Positions 1-10,257 of a DNA stretch of 64,000 bases are shown piece by piece (within the stretch, counting starts at the first letter, position 1; each line of letters starts with the position of its first letter). This stretch comes from an uncultured Planctomycetia bacterium (GTDB lineage: Bacteria; Omnitrophota; Gorgyraeia; B26-G9): NCBI GenBank assembly GCA_964437495.1, contig CAYTGV010000007.1, positions 17,563-81,562 on the forward strand, written 5' to 3'. The notes beneath the pieces are model-generated. The model did not search any database. It had not been told where the DNA came from and saw only the letters and a program-made list of their open reading frames with translations. A program made the translations under genes and the position numbers.

Positions 1-776
1 ATTCCAAAGCTCAATGACACTTTTGTCGAGTTATCTGTTTTACTGAACTTTGTTTTTTCGACAATAGACCTCACCCGCTCAACTATAACAAAGGCTCCCG
101 GAAAATTTGTTTCCGGCAGCAATAAACCGAATTCATCTCCTCCATAACGGCAAAGCACATCAGCAGCACGGATATTGCGGCGTAGAATTGCCGCTATATG
201 CCGCAACACATCATCTCCCACAGGATGCCCGAAGGTATCATTAATAATTTTAAAATTGTCAACATCTACAATTACACAACAGAATTCACGGGCATAACGC
301 CGGCCGCGTTCAAATTCATCCATTAAACGATGCTGAAAATATCTGCGATTATAAACATGGGTAAGGCTATCAACAACAGAAAGTCTGACTATTTCATCAT
401 ATTGTTTTTTATAACGCAATAAATTTTTCAAACGCAATAAAAGCTCGCGTTTATCACAGCCTTTATCCAGAAAATCTGCGGCACCCAACTGCAACCCCAG
501 AAGTTTATTGTCCAAATTTACAGAAGATGTGAGGAATAAAATAGGTATACTTAAAAATCGTTCTTCTGAGCGCAATCTCTTACATATTTCAAATCCATCT
601 ATGTCCGGCAGAAGAAGATCAAGAATAATTATATCCGGCTGGTACTTTTCAAGCATCTCAAAAGCAGTTTTCCCATCCGGTGCATTTATAACTGCATACC
701 CAGCCTTTTCCAAGATCGCCTGAAGAAACGCAGCATCTTTCTTATTGTCTTCAACTATAAAAATTTTACTTACCAC
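1..776 (-). CDS. Response regulator-diguanylate cyclase (REC + GGDEF), 3' end runs off the window
   Basis: Not in ORF track; read by hand from GTG 776: MVSKIFIVEDNKKD...PDIIILDLLLPDIDGFEIC (receiver), later IRAADVLCRYGGDEF (RxxD I-site plus GGDEF). Confidence 0.9.
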   Translation of the reverse strand, partial: MVSKIFIVEDNKKDAAFLQAILEKAGYAVINAPDGKTAFEMLEKYQPDIIILDLLLPDIDGFEICKRLRSEERFLSIPILFLTSSVNLDNKLLGLQLGAADFLDKGCDKRELLLRLKNLLRYKKQYDEIVRLSVVDSLTHVYNRRYFQHRLMDEFERGRRYAREFCCVIVDVDNFKIINDTFGHPVGDDVLRHIAAILRRNIRAADVLCRYGGDEFGLLLPETNFPGAFVIVERVRSIVEKTKFSKTDNSTKVSLSFG

Positions 777-1869
777 GTTTTTTTCTCCTGGTTAAGAATC
801 TCAAGTATATCGCATTACTCGGACACATTTCGCTGCAACAAAGACAAAGAATACATTTTCTAAAATCAATCTTCAATCGGCCCCGAACATTTCGGATAGC
901 TCCCTGCGGACATATATTTTTGCAAATCTGGCACTGCGTACACTTACCCCTATCTATCCCCATCATTAACGGAATAAAACGCAATAAGCTTCTTGCCAAA
1001 AAGTTCGGCATTTTAAATAAAACCGAAATATTCGGCAGATTAAAATCCCTTACTAGTATATCTTCCAAGGAAACGCCATTAATGTCAATATTATTTATCT
1101 GTGCCTGTCCTAAGTTCATCGCCGCTGCCGCCTTCGTACTGGGCACACTTAGGGGCTCCAGACCGATTATTTTTGATAAAATTGCGTCAATACTAACTGC
1201 ATCAGCGGATGCAATAACCAGGCCCAGATCATATGGATCACCGCCGGACGGGCCATCGCCATCCATAGCCACAATTGCATCTACAATACTCAAGTCAGGC
1301 CTGGCTAAGCTGTAAATCCTGGCAATCTCCTTAGCAAAACTAATAAAATTCGGAGCCATCTTATGCACATAAACTTTATATAAACCTGGGATAAGCCCAA
1401 AAATATTTTTAACTGCCCCAGTAATCATAGTAAGATTATGCGTCTTAAATTTGGGAAGGGAAATCAATACATCTACTTCATCTATAATTTTAGCAAAGGG
1501 TAAATTGTCCTTTTTAACTATATTATTAAATTGAATAAGCTGAACTTTTTCTTCCCTGGCAATCTTTTCTATACCGCAGAATTCATATACTGCCTGCGCT
1601 TTAACCGTCCCCCCCGGACTGTCTCCTATGAAAATGTTTTCTGTCTGAGTTTTGACCAGCCTAATAACCGCCCTGATAAATTCCGGATGAGTAGTCACTG
1701 CATCGTCCGGCTTTGCTTCTTTGAGTAAATTCGGCTTAAGCAAAACGCTCTGTCCTTTTTTAACAAAACTGTTAATACCACCGAGCAGCTCTAAAGATTG
1801 TTTAACAGCCTGAAAAAGCCTATCAGGGTCGTAGCTATCACATCGTATAATACTTGCTTTTGATTTCAC
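766..1869 (-). CDS. DUF362 domain protein with C-terminal 2x[4Fe-4S] ferredoxin
   Basis: VLLKPNLL, TTHPE, PKFKTH, GAVKN motifs; two CxxCxxCxxxCP motifs. Confidence 0.85.
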   Translation of the reverse strand: MKSKASIIRCDSYDPDRLFQAVKQSLELLGGINSFVKKGQSVLLKPNLLKEAKPDDAVTTHPEFIRAVIRLVKTQTENIFIGDSPGGTVKAQAVYEFCGIEKIAREEKVQLIQFNNIVKKDNLPFAKIIDEVDVLISLPKFKTHNLTMITGAVKNIFGLIPGLYKVYVHKMAPNFISFAKEIARIYSLARPDLSIVDAIVAMDGDGPSGGDPYDLGLVIASADAVSIDAILSKIIGLEPLSVPSTKAAAAMNLGQAQINNIDINGVSLEDILVRDFNLPNISVLFKMPNFLARSLLRFIPLMMGIDRGKCTQCQICKNICPQGAIRNVRGRLKIDFRKCILCLCCSEMCPSNAIYLRFLTRRKKRGK

Positions 1870-1896
1870 TTTTCTTTCAATTGTTTAACATCTGAA

Positions 1897-2685
1897 TCAA
1901 ATATTAAAAAATAACCGCGCACTTTGCGTAGTTATATCCGCTACTCTTTGTTCGGATATATTTTTTATCCTGGCAACTTCCTCGGCAACATACTGCACAT
2001 ATGCAGGCTCATTGCGCTTACCTCTTTTGGACTGAGGCGCAAGAAACGGCGCATCGGTTTCAAGAAACATTTCTTCTAATGGAACATACTCCACAAGCGC
2101 TCTGAGATCTTCTGATTTTTTATAAGTAATATTCGCTGTAAACGATACTTTGAATCCTATATCCAGGCAGTTGCGCAAAAATACCTTACTGCCAGAAAAG
2201 CAATGCACCACTGCTTTAACTCTATCGCTTAAATTATTTTTTAATATTGCCAGCAGGTCATCATGGGCATCTCGGCAGTGAAAAATAATCGGCAAATCCT
2301 TTGCTTTGGCCATTTCAATAAACAAGCATAAAAGTTCCTGCTGCCTTGATTTTATTTTTCTGTCGATTAAAAGCTGTCCGGTCTCATGATCATAATAATC
2401 CAGGCCGATTTCCCCAATAGCAATAACTTTATCATCCTGCGCTATCTCACGCAAGCGATTAAGTTCATCCTTGCCTGTAACAAGTGCATAATGCGGGTGG
2501 ATCCCGGCTGTAGCAAATATAAAATCATGATCTGTTGCCAGCTTTAAAGACTGCCGAGATCCGTTCAGGTCCGTCGCTACATTTATTAGATAGCCTATAC
2601 CCTGTTCTCTGGCTCGGTCTATAACCTCTAGCCTGTCCTCATCGAAATGTTTAAAATCAAGATGACAATGCGTATCAATCAGCAT
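1897..2685 (-). CDS. tatD: TatD family hydrolase
   Basis: DTHCHL, GIHPH, AIGEIGLDY, HCFSG, LETDAPFLAP motifs. Confidence 0.95.
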   Translation of the reverse strand: MLIDTHCHLDFKHFDEDRLEVIDRAREQGIGYLINVATDLNGSRQSLKLATDHDFIFATAGIHPHYALVTGKDELNRLREIAQDDKVIAIGEIGLDYYDHETGQLLIDRKIKSRQQELLCLFIEMAKAKDLPIIFHCRDAHDDLLAILKNNLSDRVKAVVHCFSGSKVFLRNCLDIGFKVSFTANITYKKSEDLRALVEYVPLEEMFLETDAPFLAPQSKRGKRNEPAYVQYVAEEVARIKNISEQRVADITTQSARLFFNI

Positions 2686-4147
2686 CTTCTATCCTTGGAA
2701 ACAAAGGCTTGCCTTTATTCACCCTATCCTGGCCCCACTGGGCTTTAATGGCTTCTGAAGTCTTAGGCATAAAGGGAAACAAATTTATCCGTATATTTTT
2801 TATAACCTGCGCCAGCACAAAGATAAAATCTTTCAATTGGTCTTCCTTTTTTTCTTTAAACAAAACCCATGGCTTTGTATCTTCAATGAATTTATTTGCC
2901 GCGCCTATTATTTCCCATATTTTAACAAGGCTTTGAGAAAAATTATATTCACTCATCTGCTTATCCACCTCAACGCTTAAAACCTCAGCCATTGCAAGCA
3001 GTTCAGCCCCAACACTATTGCCGTAACTCTGGGGAAGATTACCCTGCAGATATTTTTCTACCATTGTCAGAGATCGGTAGACAAGATTCCCAAGATCATT
3101 GGCCAAATCGCTATTGATTCTTCTAATAAGTGCTTCTTCAGAAAAATTTCCATCCTCCGTAAAAGAAAATTCACGCAGAAGAAAATAACGCAGGCTATCC
3201 GCTGAGTATTTTTCTACTAGCTTAACCGGGTCTACCGTAGTACCGGAACTTTTTGATATCTTTTCTCCTCCCAGATTAATAAACCCATGCACTAAAACAG
3301 ATTTAGGCAGTTCAATATCCGCGGACATAAGAATAGACAGCCAAACCATAGTATGAAACCAAAGAATGTCTTTGCCGATCATATGAACATCGGCCGGCCA
3401 GAATTTTTCAAAGCGTTCACTGTCCGGATAGCCTAGAGCAGAAATATAATTTATTAATGCATCAAACCAGACAAAAATCACATGGCTTTCATCTCCCGGC
3501 CAGGGAATTCCCCAGGTAAAATTCGTTCGTGATACGCTTAAATCCCGCACCCCAGCTTTTAACCTGTTCATTATTTCATTGCGGCGAGTTTTAGGAAAAA
3601 TAAAGTTTTCATTTTTTTCGATATGCCCTAAAACAGCTTGAGCATATTTGCTCATTTTAAAAAAATAACCTACTTCCTCTATCCAATCAACCTTATTACC
3701 ATGCACCGGACAATTTCCATTATTTAAATCCCGCTCGACATAAAAAGCCTCACAATCCACACAATAAAACCCTTCATATTTATCTTTATATATATCTCCT
3801 TTTTGCTTTGCCTTTTCAAGCAGCGCAAGGGCAACTTTAATATGCCTTTGTTCAGTAGTACGGATAAAATCATCATTTGAAATATTAAGTACTTTGCAAA
3901 GATTTAAAAATTCTGAGGTCTTTTCGTTTACAAAATCCTGAGGAGTTTTGTTCGCATTTTTCGCGTACTTTTCTATTTTCTGCCCATGCTCATCTGTCCC
4001 TGTGCAAAAAACAACCTCCCTGCCTTTTAGTCTTTGCCATCTGGCGATTACATCCGCCAATATCTTCTCATAAGCATGCCCGATATGCGGCGCGCCTGAG
4101 GGGTAATCTATCGCAGTTGTTATATAAAATTTATTTTCTTTTTTCAT
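2675..4147 (-). CDS. metG: Methionine--tRNA ligase, short form without C-terminal OB domain
   Basis: HIGH (PHIGHAY), GTDEHGQK, Zn knuckle, WFDALINY, KISKS. Confidence 0.97.
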   Translation of the reverse strand: MKKENKFYITTAIDYPSGAPHIGHAYEKILADVIARWQRLKGREVVFCTGTDEHGQKIEKYAKNANKTPQDFVNEKTSEFLNLCKVLNISNDDFIRTTEQRHIKVALALLEKAKQKGDIYKDKYEGFYCVDCEAFYVERDLNNGNCPVHGNKVDWIEEVGYFFKMSKYAQAVLGHIEKNENFIFPKTRRNEIMNRLKAGVRDLSVSRTNFTWGIPWPGDESHVIFVWFDALINYISALGYPDSERFEKFWPADVHMIGKDILWFHTMVWLSILMSADIELPKSVLVHGFINLGGEKISKSSGTTVDPVKLVEKYSADSLRYFLLREFSFTEDGNFSEEALIRRINSDLANDLGNLVYRSLTMVEKYLQGNLPQSYGNSVGAELLAMAEVLSVEVDKQMSEYNFSQSLVKIWEIIGAANKFIEDTKPWVLFKEKKEDQLKDFIFVLAQVIKNIRINLFPFMPKTSEAIKAQWGQDRVNKGKPLFPRIEDAD

Positions 4148-4952
4148 GTTTTTTCTTACAGCTTTCCTTTAATGAAATTTCCACTTTTCGTTCATCTTCG
4201 AGCTCAACTTCAACTGTCTGCTTTAGGATATGCACTGCAATAACCCTGCCCTTACCTTCCGGAGTTTCTATATACTGGCCCACTTTAGGCAGACACTTGG
4301 AGAACTCTTTATAGGTTTGATATTCATAACCCAGGCAACACATAAGCCGACCGCAAAGCCCTGATATCTTTTCCGGGTTCAAAGGCATGTTCTGTTGTTT
4401 AGCCATGCGTATTGTAACCGGCTCAAAATCTTTTAGAAAAGAAGCGCAGCAAAGGTTCCTGCCACAGGTTCCATAGCCCCCGAACATCTTCACCTCATCG
4501 CGCACCCCTATTTGCTTAAGCTCTATGCGGGCCTTAAAAAGATGCGCCAGATCCCGAACAAGTTCTCTGAAATCAATACGCCCTTCGGCCGTAAAATAGA
4601 ACATCACTTTACTTCGATCAAATGAATATTCCGCTTCAACCAATTTCATCAAAAGCTTGCGCTCCTGCATTTTCTTTTGCGCTGTTGTAAAAACACTTTT
4701 TATCTCTTGGCGAATTTTTGTTATCTGCTCCAGATCCGCAGACGTAGCTACCCGAATGACCGATTTAATAACCCCTTTTATTTTTTCAGCCGTCACACGT
4801 TCTATATCAGAGATAACACTTCCATAGTCAATGCCGCGTTCAGACTCAACAATAACAATATCATGCGGTTTCACTTCAACATTATTCTTATTAAAATTTG
4901 TAATTTTCCCATGCTTACGCAATCTAACTTCAATAATCTTCAATTTAATCAC
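4131..4952 (-). CDS. yaaT: PSP1/YaaT (RicT) family protein
   Basis: RIDFRELV, RIELKQIGVRDE, CGRNLCC, SGLCGRLMCCL. Confidence 0.9.
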   Translation of the reverse strand: MIKLKIIEVRLRKHGKITNFNKNNVEVKPHDIVIVESERGIDYGSVISDIERVTAEKIKGVIKSVIRVATSADLEQITKIRQEIKSVFTTAQKKMQERKLLMKLVEAEYSFDRSKVMFYFTAEGRIDFRELVRDLAHLFKARIELKQIGVRDEVKMFGGYGTCGRNLCCASFLKDFEPVTIRMAKQQNMPLNPEKISGLCGRLMCCLGYEYQTYKEFSKCLPKVGQYIETPEGKGRVIAVHILKQTVEVELEDERKVEISLKESCKKKHEKRK

Positions 4953-4953
4953 C

Positions 4954-5820
4954 TCAAAAAAGCTGCACCTTGGAGCTTCTTTTGTTAATCGTTTTAATCA
5001 GTAAATCCATAGATAATTTCATGTTTGCATTTCCGTTGATATTTTGTTTAGTATGCAATATTTCATCAATAAGAGTTTCAATATCTGAGAGAGAAAAGTT
5101 CTGAGCGAATTCCCTAAGAATTTGAACAGACTTACTGCTCATCAGGTTAACATTTTCAACTCCCAACCCGATCATCAGCATATCCCTAAACACGCCGACC
5201 AATTCACTTAGTAAATCAACCGCCTGTTTTCTTTCAATACTGCCAAGATCATCATATAATTTTTCTTGTACCTGCCGGTCATCTTTTTTAAAAAATCCAG
5301 TAATCATATCATCTTTTTCATCAGAATCAACATCATTGCCTGATGCATCTTGAGAAAAACGAATCCGGGCACAACGTGATACAACTGTCTCAAGCAGCTG
5401 GCTAGCACTGGCAGTGATTAAAATCAACACTACCCCCGCAGGAGGTTCTTCAAGCGTTTTTAATAATGCATTTGCTGCGGCCACATTCAAGCGCTGGGCA
5501 TCTTCAATAATACATATCTTATTTTGTGCCTGAAAAGGCTTTACGCTAAGACGTTCTTTTAGCAAACGGATATCTTCTATTTTTATTACTGCAGATCCTG
5601 CCTCAGCCCTTATCCAATAAAGATCAGGGTGGCTGCCCTTGGCAAGCATTTGACAATCACTGCAAGACTGGCAATATCCCGATCTATCTTTAATGACTGA
5701 ACAAAACAGCCCCTTGGCCATTTCCAGGACTTCTTTGTTGATCCTGTCTTTATCCAGACCTTCTATTAAAAAAGCTCCAGACCTAATCCCTCTTGTCAAT
5801 TCTGCCGCACAGTTATCCAT
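4954..5820 (-). CDS. holB: DNA polymerase III delta' subunit
   Basis: Zn-cluster Cys, HPD, ANALLKTLEEP, SRC; follows tmk. Start moved to ATG 5820. Confidence 0.9.
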   Translation of the reverse strand: MDNCAAELTRGIRSGAFLIEGLDKDRINKEVLEMAKGLFCSVIKDRSGYCQSCSDCQMLAKGSHPDLYWIRAEAGSAVIKIEDIRLLKERLSVKPFQAQNKICIIEDAQRLNVAAANALLKTLEEPPAGVVLILITASASQLLETVVSRCARIRFSQDASGNDVDSDEKDDMITGFFKKDDRQVQEKLYDDLGSIERKQAVDLLSELVGVFRDMLMIGLGVENVNLMSSKSVQILREFAQNFSLSDIETLIDEILHTKQNINGNANMKLSMDLLIKTINKRSSKVQLF

Positions 5821-5821
5821 G

Positions 5822-6454
5822 CTATCTAACTTTTTCAGGCTTGAACACACTTAAAAATATCTCCCTTACCTTAGCTTGGATACAATCCACATCGTTTTTT
5901 GCATTTATAATTTTTACTCTCTTCGGATTTGCCTTGGCAACCGCTAGGTATCCCTGTCTAACCCTTTTATGAAACGCCATTTCTCTTTTCTCAAAGCGGT
6001 CATTTCTCCCGGAGCGTACAAGTCCGAGCTTAGGGTCTATATCCAACAAAATGGTCAGATCCGGGATAGCTGCGCCCATCGCCATTTTATTCAGAGCATT
6101 AATAAGTTTACGGTCAACTCCTGAGCCATAGCCCTGATAAGCAATGGTCGCGTCCCCATAGCGATCTAGAATAACCACATCTTTCTTCTTGAGCGCCGCC
6201 TCTATCTTTTGTCTTCTCAATTGGTCTCGAGCTACAATAAAAAGCAGGGTCTCCGCAAAACAACTAAGATTACCTTTGCTAAAAAGCAGAATATCTCTTA
6301 TCTTCTCGCCGATCACAGAAGATCCCGGCTCTCGCAAAAGAGCATATTTTATGCCTTTATTCTTTAAATAAGTGCATAACAGCCTAGTCTGAGTACTCTT
6401 GCCAGTGCCTTCAATTCCCTCAAAACTAAGTAAAATTCCGCGTTTTTTAGACAT
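5822..6454 (-). CDS. tmk: Thymidylate kinase
   Basis: FEGIEGTGKST, REPG, LDRY, AYQG. Confidence 0.97.
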   Translation of the reverse strand: MSKKRGILLSFEGIEGTGKSTQTRLLCTYLKNKGIKYALLREPGSSVIGEKIRDILLFSKGNLSCFAETLLFIVARDQLRRQKIEAALKKKDVVILDRYGDATIAYQGYGSGVDRKLINALNKMAMGAAIPDLTILLDIDPKLGLVRSGRNDRFEKREMAFHKRVRQGYLAVAKANPKRVKIINAKNDVDCIQAKVREIFLSVFKPEKVR

Positions 6455-6469
6455 AATTCTCCTAAGTAG

Positions 6470-6586
6470 CGCTGTAGCAAAATATGCAGATGTAAGGCAT
6501 TCGTGAACGAATGCGGAGGCGTATTTACTGTACGCCGCACAAGTGAGAAAGCGAATAACGCATCAGATGTGCGTTTTGCTACAGCG
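6470..6586. repeat. Branched inverted-repeat element (MITE-like or structured 5' leader) upstream of tmk
   Basis: Perfect 13-bp IR CGCTGTAGCAAAA (6470-6482)/TTTTGCTACAGCG (6574-6586) enclosing hairpins GCATTCGT/ACGAATGC and GGCGTA/TACGCC. Confidence 0.7.
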
Positions 6587-6596
6587 TCTTTATGTA

Positions 6597-6625
6597 ATTT
6601 TAACAAATATCTCCTTACATAGCAA
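6597..6625 (-). promoter_or_regulatory. Sigma70-type promoter of the tmk operon
   Basis: TTGCTA-17 bp-TAAAAT on the minus strand. Confidence 0.6.
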
Positions 6626-6674
6626 GTCTTTCCACATTCTAGAGACTTTTTAAAAAAACCGCATAAAATAGGCT

Positions 6675-6714
6675 AAAAAAGAAAAAAGACAGCTCAAAAT
6701 TTAAGCTGCCTTTT
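6675..6714 (-). terminator. Intrinsic terminator after nikR
   Basis: Minus-strand stem GGCAGCTT/GAGCTGTC followed by a long T tract. Confidence 0.7.
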
Positions 6715-6741
6715 AAATACATAGAAGAATAATTAAAATAT

Positions 6742-7152
6742 TTATTTGCCGCTGGAAGTCATAGACAAGGATGTATGCTTGATTCCTTTTATTGCGCCCA
6801 AGGCATGTGATAATTCCAGGATAATAGAATTTTTCCCTTTACACGCTATGATTTCCAGGCAATAAGCATGGTCCAGATGTATATGCTGACTGGAGATTAT
6901 AATCTTTTGGAAGTCATGCTGAACCTCCATAACCTTATTTACCAATTCTCTTCTATGATGATTATAAACAAGACTGATAATTGCAACAATATTGGCATTT
7001 TTACGCTGCTGATTACGCGCAATAAGCTTATTGCGCATCAAAACAGCTATAGCCTGCGAACGATTGGAATATTTATGTTCTAATATCAGCTTATCAAAAC
7101 TATCCAATAGCTCGGCATCAACAGAGACCCCGAAACGAATCAGTTTTGCCAC
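6742..7152 (-). CDS. nikR: Nickel-responsive regulator NikR
   Basis: RHH N-terminus RFGVSV...NRS; QH...HIHLDH..C Ni ligands. Confidence 0.93.
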   Translation of the reverse strand: MAKLIRFGVSVDAELLDSFDKLILEHKYSNRSQAIAVLMRNKLIARNQQRKNANIVAIISLVYNHHRRELVNKVMEVQHDFQKIIISSQHIHLDHAYCLEIIACKGKNSIILELSHALGAIKGIKHTSLSMTSSGK

Positions 7153-7185
7153 TATATATTCCTTATTTCTATATTCCTGATCAAA

Positions 7186-7416
7186 TTAAATCGCAACTAC
7201 TTCTTTAATAAAAGACATGGCTTCTATTATTCTTTTTTCAATTACCATTTTTAAGGTCATTTGAGACATTGGACAGCTGCCGCAGGCTCCCTGTAGACGT
7301 ACTTTAACTATGCCATCATCTGTAACTTCAACCAACTCTACATCTCCGCCATCAATCTGAAGCGCCGGTCTTATTTCTTCAAGTAGTTTCTTTACCTCTT
7401 CTTGCATATTAGCCAT
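7186..7416 (-). CDS. NifU/Nfu-type Fe-S scaffold domain protein
   Basis: [22 protein letters not shown]. Confidence 0.93.
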   Translation of the reverse strand: MANMQEEVKKLLEEIRPALQIDGGDVELVEVTDDGIVKVRLQGACGSCPMSQMTLKMVIEKRIIEAMSFIKEVVAI

Positions 7417-7466
7417 CTTCTTCTCAATTAGTCATCCATTTAATTATGTCTATCTCTTTTTACTTT

Positions 7467-7694
7467 TTACTTTTGGTTAACAATATTTATTATTTTTTTT
7501 GAGTTATACTTTCCTTTGACGATCAAGATATCTGATTTGCTTACATTGAAATATTCTGCTAAATGTTCCAACACTTTTTTATTCGCTTTACCGCGCTCAG
7601 CTGTTGCAGTAACTTTCACAAGAAATGCCCCTTTGCCCTTTTCAATAATCTCATTTTTTGCAGCATTTGTAATAACTTTAATACTGATGAACAT
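7467..7694 (-). CDS. DUF167 (YggU/UPF0235) protein
   Basis: VKVTA...GKAN...LAEYF...IVKG..SKKK pattern. Confidence 0.85.
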   Translation of the reverse strand: MFISIKVITNAAKNEIIEKGKGAFLVKVTATAERGKANKKVLEHLAEYFNVSKSDILIVKGKYNSKKIINIVNQK

Positions 7695-7786
7695 AGTTTA
7701 ACCCCAATCATCCCAAGCAAAAATCCAATCTACCCATGAGCGAACTACAGCTCCCGGAGGGAAGGAGACCTTCTTAGACGCCTATA

Positions 7787-9151
7787 TTACTCTTTAATCT
7801 CAGGCACCTCTTTTAATGACTCTTCTATTTTCTCCTGCGGATATTCATAATCCTGCAGATCATTGGTAAAATATTTATCGTAAGAAGTAAGATCAAAATA
7901 CCCATGTCCGCTGTAATTAAACACTATTGTCTTGGCTATTCCTTCCTTTTTACAACGAAGCGCCTCATCAACAGCCACTCGCACCGCATGTGCCGTTTCC
8001 GGCGCCGGTAATTTCCCTTCCACGCGTGAAAACATCATCGCGGCCTCAAACACAGTTTTCTGATGCACACTCACCGCATCTATCAACTTTTCATTGTGCA
8101 GAAAGCTAACTAACGGAGCCATACCGTGATAACGCAACCCGCCGGCATGAATACACGGAGGCACAAAATTATGCCCCAAGGTATTCATTTTCATTAACGG
8201 AGTCATCTTTGCAGAATCACCAAAATCATAACGATACGGACCTTTTGTCAAAGTCGGACATGCAGTCGGCTCTACTGCGATAAACTGGATCCTGTTCTGT
8301 TTATTTACCTTTTCGTCAAAAACAAAAGGAGAGATAAAGCCGCCGAAATTACTGCCTCCTCCCACACATCCAATCATTATGTCCGGAATCGCCCCTACCT
8401 GTTCAAGCTGCTTTTTTGTTTCCAAACCCACAATTGTCTGATGCATTAATACATGATTTAACACACTGCCCAAAGCGTATTTTGTATCTTTGCTAGACAC
8501 CGCATCCTCAACTGCCTCACTGATTGCCATTCCCAAACTGCCCGGGCAATCTGGATCTTTTTCTAATATCTGCCGGCCGGCTTTTGTATGATCACTTGGG
8601 CTGGGAAAAACCGTCGCATTCCAAACATGCATCAAAGAACGGCGGCCTGGTTTCAGGTCATAACTAACCTTAACCATATAAACAACGCATTCAAGTCCAA
8701 AAAAATTAGTAGCAAAAGCCAAAGCGCTGCCCCACTGCCCCGCGCCGGTTTCTGTTGTCAAGCGCTTAATTCCCGCCTGCTTATTATAATATGCCTGAGC
8801 AACCGCCGTGTTCGGCTTATGCGACCCTGCTGGACTAACTGATTCGTCCTTATAATAGATTTTTGCCGGAGTATCGAGAAATTGCTCCAGCCGCCGCGCA
8901 CGGATAAGCGGTGTCGGCCTCCAGATAGAATATATATCAAGAAGTTCTTCCGGTATATCTATCCAGCGTTTAGTGCTCACCTCCTGCTCAATCAATGAGT
9001 CAGGAAAAATAGCAGCAAAATCCTCTGCTGTGGCCGGCTTGCCTGTTCCCGGATGCAAAGCCGGGGGAACAGGCTTGGATATATCAGCCTGAATATTGTA
9101 CCATTGCTTAGGCAATTCCTTTGAACTCAGCAAAATCCTATTATCACTCAT
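7787..9151 (-). CDS. trpB2: TrpB-like PLP enzyme (tryptophan synthase beta 2)
   Basis: [41 protein letters not shown]; no trpA nearby. Confidence 0.93.
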   Translation of the reverse strand: MSDNRILLSSKELPKQWYNIQADISKPVPPALHPGTGKPATAEDFAAIFPDSLIEQEVSTKRWIDIPEELLDIYSIWRPTPLIRARRLEQFLDTPAKIYYKDESVSPAGSHKPNTAVAQAYYNKQAGIKRLTTETGAGQWGSALAFATNFFGLECVVYMVKVSYDLKPGRRSLMHVWNATVFPSPSDHTKAGRQILEKDPDCPGSLGMAISEAVEDAVSSKDTKYALGSVLNHVLMHQTIVGLETKKQLEQVGAIPDIMIGCVGGGSNFGGFISPFVFDEKVNKQNRIQFIAVEPTACPTLTKGPYRYDFGDSAKMTPLMKMNTLGHNFVPPCIHAGGLRYHGMAPLVSFLHNEKLIDAVSVHQKTVFEAAMMFSRVEGKLPAPETAHAVRVAVDEALRCKKEGIAKTIVFNYSGHGYFDLTSYDKYFTNDLQDYEYPQEKIEESLKEVPEIKE

Positions 9152-9194
9152 CTTTCCCTCCTTTAATTAAATAACTCCGGAAAACATTCCTAGT

Positions 9195-9521
9195 CTATAC
9201 AACTTTGTATTCTAAACCATGATCTATCTTTAGCTGCTTTTTTATATACGCACATTTCCAGCGTCCCGGCCAATCCGTATGCAAGATAGTTCTAATGTTT
9301 ACACATTCGAAAAATTTACCTGATTGCGTTTTTTGCAAACCTCCCCGGCATTCATAAATATCACACTGATATTTCCCGTCAGGCTGCGAAATCAAATGAA
9401 TACAAGGATCTTCATCTGCCCCGCAGCAATTACCGCACCTTAAACAAATATTTTCAAACTCTTTCTCTTTGTTTATTTGATAAATTTCATAATCCATAAC
9501 CATTGATGCCTTTTTCCGCAC
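9195..9521 (-). CDS. Small Cys-cluster protein (CxxCxxCC/YkgJ-like)
   Basis: CLRCGNCC...PCIHL...CDIY...C...C. Confidence 0.7.
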   Translation of the reverse strand: MRKKASMVMDYEIYQINKEKEFENICLRCGNCCGADEDPCIHLISQPDGKYQCDIYECRGGLQKTQSGKFFECVNIRTILHTDWPGRWKCAYIKKQLKIDHGLEYKVV

Positions 9522-9671
9522 AAGATATATTGTATTCTAAAATAGCATAAAATATTTACATAGTCAACAAATGCAGCTTTGCCCTTTTGATAAGCATCTG
9601 CCTTTTTACCTATATCTGCTCTAATTTCAATGCATTAACCATAGCCCACAATATCTCTTGATTTTACTGTA

Positions 9672-10127
9672 TTAGAGCTCTATTGTCTTGGGCAATATAT
9701 ACCTTATAAGCTGAACTTTATTGTTTTCAGTTATTTTTATATGTGTTTCTTTTGTACGGCTCAAGACATTATGCCAGATACCTTTAAGCAACACAATTGG
9801 CTTATCCAGTACAAAAGCCTCTATTACCTGCGGCACTTTTTCATTAGAAACATACAAAATCGCCTTGCCCTTAACAGGTTCAAAGCTCTCAAATGAAACA
9901 GGATGCCTTTCCAAAAATTTAATCTGCTTTTCCCTTACAACCAGGTACGCGATTCGCCAGCCTTTTGCTTTAAAATCTCTGATAATGATTCTAAATTGAT
10001 TATTCTCTTTCTTGTTTTCCGGCCCTTCCCATTGGATAATATATCCATATTTTTTAAAGTTCAAGGCTGTAATTTTTTTTGGTTTTATACTCAAATTTTC
10101 TAATTTCTTGTTTTCACCCATTAGCAT
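9672..10127 (-). CDS. Ureidoglycolate lyase-like cupin
   Basis: F.KYG, LERHPVSFESFEP, GIWH motifs resemble AllA. Confidence 0.65.
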   Translation of the reverse strand: MLMGENKKLENLSIKPKKITALNFKKYGYIIQWEGPENKKENNQFRIIIRDFKAKGWRIAYLVVREKQIKFLERHPVSFESFEPVKGKAILYVSNEKVPQVIEAFVLDKPIVLLKGIWHNVLSRTKETHIKITENNKVQLIRYILPKTIEL

Positions 10128-10257
10128 TCAAGCCCTTCCTGATAATCTGTTAGACTAAAACAAACTCCATTGCTGAATTAGAATTAATCTTATTTCGAAT
10201 AATAAACTTTTTCGCAACCGCTTTCTCTGTGATGATGATTGACTTCCTCAAAAAAAA

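Noticed and set aside
4954-5820. holB as a pseudogene because it lacks Walker A
   Set aside because: Delta' normally has a degenerate P-loop; the SRC motif and reading frame are intact.
6364-6606. 80-aa ORF across the tmk leader
   Set aside because: It overlaps tmk out of frame, starts within the predicted promoter, and is a translation of the inverted-repeat element.
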